NCBI GenBank assembly: GCA_031366795.1
Contig: JANLOX010000196.1
Span: 1-19,848 of the forward strand
Source: Candidatus Eiseniibacteriota bacterium
GTDB lineage: Bacteria > Eisenbacteria > RBG-16-71-46
Length of the DNA: 19,848 nt
Reading direction: 5' to 3'
The notes under the pieces were generated by a model, which saw only the letters and a list, made by a program, of their open reading frames with translations, did not search any database and was not told the origin of the DNA. A program made the position numbers and the translations under genes. This document shows positions 15,473-19,848 of the stretch, one piece after another (positions within the stretch are counted from its first letter, which is position 1; the number at the start of each line of letters is the position of its first letter).

Positions 15473-15481
15473 TGATATCCT
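15473..15481 (+). promoter_or_regulatory. Putative extended -10 promoter (TGnTATCCT) for leaderless P450 mRNA
   Basis: TGATATCCT ends 8 nt before the ATG at 15490; no Shine-Dalgarno precedes that ATG. Confidence 0.4.
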
Positions 15482-15489
15482 CTCCGCCA

Positions 15490-16710
15490 ATGACCCCGCA
15501 CACTGCACTCGACCGTTTCACTCCGGCCGACTCGTCGTTCATCGCGAATCCATATCCCGTGTACACGGAACTGCGCGCCGCGGGTCCCATTCACTACGAC
15601 GCGCGCACCGATCACTGGCTGGTGACGCGTCATGCGGACGTGAGTGCGCTCCTGCGTGACCGCCGCTTCGGCCGCACCTACCTGCACACGGCGACGCACG
15701 CCGAGATGGGGCGCGCCTCAGAGCCCCCCGAGCAGGCCCCATTCTGGCGGCTCATCCGCGATGGGCTACTCGACCGTGAGCCGCCCGACCACACGCGGTT
15801 GCGCTCGCTCGTGTCGAAGGCGTTCACGCCGCTGCGCATCGAAGGCATGCGCGCGAGCATCCAGCAGATCGTGGACGGGCTGATCGACGAAGCACTCGAG
15901 CATGCCGAGTTCGATCTGCTCGGGGCAGTCATCGAGCCGCTGCCGGTGACCGTCATCGCCGAGTTGCTCGGCATCCCGGAGGCCGATCGCGCCCTGCTGC
16001 GCCCGTGGTCGTCCGAGATCTGCCTGATGTACGAGTTGAACCCGTCCGAGGACTATGCGCGTCGCGCGGTGCGGGCGAGTGTGGAGTTCGGCGACTACCT
16101 GCGTGAGCTTGCGCGGGTGCGGCGCGCGCAACCGGGCGACGATCTCATCAGCGCGCTGACGCAGGTCGTCGATGCCGGCGAGCGGCTCACCGAGGACGAA
16201 CTGGTGGGAACCTGCGTGCTGTTGCTCAACGCCGGCCACGAGGCAAGCGTGAACGGGGCGGGAAATGGCTGGTGGGCGTTGTTCCGTCATCCCGGTCAGC
16301 TGTCGCGGCTGCGCGCGGATCACTCACTGGTCCCGCGGGCGGTCGAGGAACTGCTGCGCTTCGATTCACCGCTGCACCTGTTCGAGCGCTGGGTGCTCGA
16401 GGACTCCGAGATCTGTGGCGTGCAGGTTCCGAAGGGCGCGGAGCTGGGGTTGCTGTTTGGTTCGGCGAATCGCGACCCGGTGGTGTTCGATGCGCCCGAC
16501 ATGCTGGATCTCGCCCGTGATCCCAATCCGCACGTGAGTTTCGGCGCCGGCATCCATTTCTGTCTCGGCGCGCCGCTCGCGCGGCTCGAGTTGCAGGTCG
16601 CGTTCGAGACGATGCTGCGCCGCATGCCACGACTCGAACTGACCGCCGAGCCTGAGTGGAAGCCCACCTACATCCTGCGCGGGCTGCGCGAACTGCGGGT
16701 GCGTGCCTGA
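15490..16710 (+). CDS. Cytochrome P450 (CYP107-like, about 406 aa)
   Basis: NPYPVY, EPPDHTRLR.LVSKAFTP, I-helix AGHEAS, ExxR (EELLR), ANRDP, heme motif FGAGIHFCLG. Start reassigned from 15079 to the in-frame ATG at 15490, giving a typical bacterial P450 length. Confidence 0.95.
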   Translation: MTPHTALDRFTPADSSFIANPYPVYTELRAAGPIHYDARTDHWLVTRHADVSALLRDRRFGRTYLHTATHAEMGRASEPPEQAPFWRLIRDGLLDREPPDHTRLRSLVSKAFTPLRIEGMRASIQQIVDGLIDEALEHAEFDLLGAVIEPLPVTVIAELLGIPEADRALLRPWSSEICLMYELNPSEDYARRAVRASVEFGDYLRELARVRRAQPGDDLISALTQVVDAGERLTEDELVGTCVLLLNAGHEASVNGAGNGWWALFRHPGQLSRLRADHSLVPRAVEELLRFDSPLHLFERWVLEDSEICGVQVPKGAELGLLFGSANRDPVVFDAPDMLDLARDPNPHVSFGAGIHFCLGAPLARLELQVAFETMLRRMPRLELTAEPEWKPTYILRGLRELRVRA

Positions 16711-16757
16711 TTCGGCCGGGGCGTGCGCGAGGTCGAAGCCGAGATCGCGCGGAGAGG

Positions 16758-16785
16758 TTGCATTTGCCCGCGGGAGGATTACGTT
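16758..16785 (+). promoter_or_regulatory. Possible sigma70-type promoter for the IS-interrupted gene
   Basis: TTGCAT, 16-nt spacer, TACGTT in the intergenic region, about 100 nt before the ATG at 16886. Confidence 0.25.
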
Positions 16786-16885
16786 TCCTTTGTTCCGTGC
16801 TTCGCGACAGAGTGCCAGTCGGTCCGCGCTGCGCGCACGGAATGGATCGGGAATGTCCCACACGACTGACGTGAGGAATGTCGCC

Positions 16886-16955
16886 ATGAAGAAAGCGATT
16901 GCCTGCTGCGTGGCTGCCGCGGCGCTGTTGTGCCTGAGCTCCGGAACATCAACTG
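16886..16955 (+). pseudogene. 5' fragment (signal peptide) of a secreted/outer-membrane protein gene interrupted by the IS21 element
   Basis: RBS GAGGA, then MKKAIACCVAAAALLCLSSGTST (basic N-region, hydrophobic core). The frame rejoins 19567 onward when the IS and one TSD copy are removed. Confidence 0.8.
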
Positions 16956-17088
16956 TGCGTGTTTCGGTCCATCGTGAACACCCGTTTCGGTCCATCGTGA
17001 ACAGTCATTTCGGGATCGTGAACACCCAAAACGGCATCGTGAACAGCCGTTTCGGCATCGTGAACACCTAGATCGGTGATCGTGAACA
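16956..17088 (+). repeat. IS21 left-end tandem transposase-binding repeats (6 copies)
   Basis: Core ATCGTGAACA at 16971, 16994, 17015, 17036, 17057 and 17079 (period 21-23 nt). Confidence 0.9.
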
Positions 17089-17177
17089 GGCCACGCTGCC
17101 CCTGATGGGGTGGGTGTCTGGGAGAGAAGCGGCGCTGGGAGGTCCAGTCGTCTATCCGCCCCCATGGAGGGGGTGGG

Positions 17178-18716
17178 ATGGCGACCGAGCGACTGACCAT
17201 GCGCAAGATCCGCGAAATACTTCGGCACAAGTGGGCCCTGGGCCGCAGCCACCGCGATGTGGCGGCGAGCCTGTCGGTGAGCATCGGCGCCGTCTCGGCC
17301 GCCGAGCAGCGTGCGCGACGTGCCGGGCTCGACTGGGGCACCGTCGAGGGGCTGAGCGACGAAGCGCTGGAGCTCGCCTTCTACGGCGTGCTGGCAAGCG
17401 ATCGTCACCGGTCGCTGCCCGACCCTGCGACGTTGCACGCCGAACTGAAGCGCAAGGGCGTCACGCTGCAGTTGCTTCACCTCGAGTATCGCGAGCGGCA
17501 CGCCGACGGCTACGGGTACACGCAGTTCTGCGATCACTACCGGCGCTGGTGCCAGGATCGCCGGCTGTCGATGCGGCAGGTCCATCACGCGGGCGAGAAA
17601 CTGTTCGTCGACTACGCGGGCAAGAAACCCGAGATCGTCGATCCCGCAACGGGCGAGGTTCGCGAAGTCGAGTTGTTTGTCGCCGTGCTCGGCGCTTCGA
17701 ACTACACGTTCGCAGAAGCCACGCACACCCAGCAGATCGTCGACTGGATCCAGAGCCACGTTCACGCGCTGGAGTACGTGGGCGGCGTGACCCACGCCAT
17801 CGTGCCTGACCAGCTGAAGACCGGCATCACCGGCGCGTGCCGCTACGAGCCCGAGATCCAGCGCAGCTACGAAGAGCTGGCGCTGCACTACGGCACCGTG
17901 ATCCTGCCCGCGCGCCCGGCCTCACCGCGCGACAAGGCCAAGGTCGAAGTTGCCGTACAGATCGCCGAGCGATGGATCCTCGCGCGCCTGCGCAACGAGA
18001 CCTTCTTCTCGCTGGCCGAGCTCAACCTCAGGATCCGCGAGTTGCTGGAGGAACTCAACGGCCGCGTCATGCGCCACTATCGCGCCAGTCGCCGCACGCT
18101 GTTCGAGCAACTCGACCAGCCCGCACTGAAGCCCCTGCCCGCCACGCGCTACGAGCACGCGCTGTGGAAGTTCGTGCGCGCCGGCATCGACTATCACGTC
18201 GAACTCGCCGGCCACTACTACAGCGTGCCGTTCACGCTGCGCGGGCAACGGCTCGAGTTGCGGCACACCGCGACCACCGTCGAGGTCTTGCACAAAGGCC
18301 AGCGTGTTGCCTCGCATGTGCGAAGCGTCACGCGCGGCCGTCACACGACAGTGACCGCGCACATGCCGAAGAGCCATCAGGCGCACCTCGAGTGGTCGCC
18401 CGATCGCATCGTGCGTTGGGCCCAGAGCATCGGCCCGCAGACGCGCACGCTGGTCGAGGCAATCCTCGCCGATCGCCCGCATCCCGAGCAGGGCTACCGC
18501 TCCTGTCTCGGCATCCTCCGCTTGGGCAAACGCTACGGCGAACCCCGCCTCGAGGCTGCGTGCACGCGTGCCGTCGCCGTGCGCGCGCGTTCCTACCGTC
18601 ACGTCGAATCAATCTTGAAGCATGGACTCGACCGGGTGCCCGCCCCGGACGCGAGCCCGCGAGGCGCCGTCGCCGTCTCGCACGTCAACCTGCGCGGCCG
18701 CGACTACTACCGTTAA
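17178..18716 (+). CDS. istA: IS21 family transposase
   Basis: N-terminal HTH (MRKIREILR), GYGYTQFC, DDE residues in FVDYAG, VPDQLK and KAKVE, plus YYSVP and HPEQGYRSCLG. RBS GGAGG upstream. Confidence 0.96.
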   Translation: MATERLTMRKIREILRHKWALGRSHRDVAASLSVSIGAVSAAEQRARRAGLDWGTVEGLSDEALELAFYGVLASDRHRSLPDPATLHAELKRKGVTLQLLHLEYRERHADGYGYTQFCDHYRRWCQDRRLSMRQVHHAGEKLFVDYAGKKPEIVDPATGEVREVELFVAVLGASNYTFAEATHTQQIVDWIQSHVHALEYVGGVTHAIVPDQLKTGITGACRYEPEIQRSYEELALHYGTVILPARPASPRDKAKVEVAVQIAERWILARLRNETFFSLAELNLRIRELLEELNGRVMRHYRASRRTLFEQLDQPALKPLPATRYEHALWKFVRAGIDYHVELAGHYYSVPFTLRGQRLELRHTATTVEVLHKGQRVASHVRSVTRGRHTTVTAHMPKSHQAHLEWSPDRIVRWAQSIGPQTRTLVEAILADRPHPEQGYRSCLGILRLGKRYGEPRLEAACTRAVAVRARSYRHVESILKHGLDRVPAPDASPRGAVAVSHVNLRGRDYYR

Positions 18717-18729
18717 CGGAGGAACCCCG

Positions 18730-19473
18730 ATGCTCAACAGCCCCACCCACGACAAGCTCTCGTCCCTGCGTCTGCACGAAATGTCCCACGCATGGCAGGA
18801 GCAGCAGCGCATCGCTGATCACGATGCCCTTACGTTCGATGAACGCTTCGGCCTGCTCGTCGATGCGCAGTGGCTCGCGCGCGAGAACCGTCGCCTGCAA
18901 CGCTCACTCAAGGTGGCCCGGCTCCGCCTCACCCAAGCGTGCCTTGAAGCGATCGAGCATCGGCCGCAGCGTCCGCTCGACAAAGCGCAACTCCGCCAGC
19001 TCGCCACCGGCCGTTGGATCGCCGAGCACCACAACGTCGTCATCACCGGCCCCACCGGCACGGGCAAGACGTTCATCGGATGCGCCCTCGGGCACCAGGC
19101 GTGCCGCACCGGGCACCGTGTGCTCTATCGGCGTGTGCCGCGGCTGTTCGAGGAGCTCACGCTCGCGCACGCCGACGGCAGCTACACGCGCCTGCTTGCA
19201 CGGTTCGCTCGCGCCGATGTCCTCGTGCTCGACGACTGGGGGCTGGCACCGCTGAGCGACGCGGATCGTCGCGACATGCTCGAGATCGTCGAGGACCGCT
19301 ACGGCCTGCGCTCCACGATCCTCACCAGCCAGCTGCCCGTGGAGCACTGGCACGATCATCTGGGAGAGGCTACGGTCGCCGATGCGATCTGTGATCGGCT
19401 GCTCCACAACGCTCACCGCATCGTCCTGACGGGACCGTCCTGGAGAAAGGAGAACGTTCAGCTCGACGCCTGA
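18730..19473 (+). CDS. istB: IS21 family helper AAA+ ATPase
   Basis: Walker A GPTGTGKT, Walker B LVLDDWG, TSQLP..W, ADAICDRLLHNAHRI. ATG at 18730 follows RBS GGAGGA (the ORF-track start at 18622 overlaps istA). Confidence 0.96.
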   Translation: MLNSPTHDKLSSLRLHEMSHAWQEQQRIADHDALTFDERFGLLVDAQWLARENRRLQRSLKVARLRLTQACLEAIEHRPQRPLDKAQLRQLATGRWIAEHHNVVITGPTGTGKTFIGCALGHQACRTGHRVLYRRVPRLFEELTLAHADGSYTRLLARFARADVLVLDDWGLAPLSDADRRDMLEIVEDRYGLRSTILTSQLPVEHWHDHLGEATVADAICDRLLHNAHRIVLTGPSWRKENVQLDA

Positions 19474-19494
19474 ACCCCCGGCGTCGCTTCGCTC

Positions 19495-19561
19495 CGTTCA
19501 CGATGCCCGAAACGGGTGTTCACGATCCCGAAACAGCTGTTCACGATGACCGAAATGCGCA
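19495..19561 (-). repeat. IS21 right-end inverted repeats (3 copies)
   Basis: (T/C)GTTCACGAT at 19495, 19517 and 19538, the reverse complement of the left-end core. Confidence 0.9.
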
Positions 19562-19566
19562 AACTG

Positions 19567-19848
19567 CCGGTGGCGCCCCGCGCACTCACGATGGCCTGTT
19601 TCTCCGGCTCGCCGTGGGCGGTGGTCACGCCGGATCCAAGATCGATGTGCCCGACACTCCCGCGACGCCCGGCGGGGCAACCATCGATCTCTCGGGTACA
19701 GCGGGTGATGTGGACTTTGCGCTGGGTGGCATGGTCCAGCCGAACCTCGCAATTCACGGCACCATTTTCGGCTGGTCGGTGAGTGACCCCGACGCGGACA
19801 TCCGGATCGGCGCCCAGTCCGGCAGCGGGACTCTGAACGGCACGGCCA
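19567..19848 (+). pseudogene. 3' part (runs off window) of the IS-interrupted putative outer-membrane beta-barrel protein gene
   Basis: The reconstructed frame is open to the window end: AGGAPRTHDGLFLRLAVGGGHAGSKIDVPDTPATPGGATIDLSGTAGDVDFALGGMVQPNLAIHGTIFGWSVSDPDADIRIGAQSGSGTLNGTA. It is Gly-rich with amphipathic beta-strands and is missing from the ORF track. Confidence 0.75.

Larger units (their letters stand above)
16956..19561 (+). mobile_element. IS21-family insertion sequence (2606 bp), complete
   Basis: TG...CA ends. Left end TGCGTGTTTCGGTCCATCGTGAACA matches the reverse complement of the right end, TGCGCATTTCGGTCATCGTGAACA. Direct repeat AACTG at 16951-16955 and 19562-19566. Contains istA and istB. 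Confidence 0.95.

Noticed and set aside
15079..15489. 137-aa N-terminal extension or fusion on the P450
   Set aside because: No recognisable domain, overlaps the minus-strand ORF, and P450 homology begins just after the ATG at 15490.
16703..17071. 122-aa ORF with a GIVN repeat peptide
   Set aside because: Chimera of the interrupted gene's signal peptide read into the IS left-end repeats.
16961..17088. CRISPR-like array of short repeats
   Set aside because: The period is only 21-23 nt with similar intervening bases, inverted copies occur at the other IS end, and there are no cas genes. These are IS21 terminal repeats.

Overview
High-GC bacterial window. The first 11 kb is a co-oriented nitrogen-assimilation cluster: a 5'-truncated FAD-linked oxidoreductase with four 4Fe-4S motifs, a type III glutamine synthetase, and a 2169-aa glutamate-synthase-like protein. 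That protein has a rearranged domain order (central-like/degenerate barrel, FMN synthase domain, glutamine amidotransferase, GXGXG). The Ntn processing motif EHDSC, normally near the N-terminus, sits mid-chain after a Pro/Ala linker, which suggests a self-cleaving polyprotein. This is the most notable feature, though its novelty cannot be confirmed without a database search. Downstream are an ABC-2 exporter pair, a KimA/YdaO-like APC transporter, a possible beta-barrel ORF on the minus strand and a cytochrome P450. A complete IS21-family element (16956-19561, istA/istB, 5-bp AACTG target duplication) interrupts a secreted, probably outer-membrane protein gene at the end of its signal peptide.
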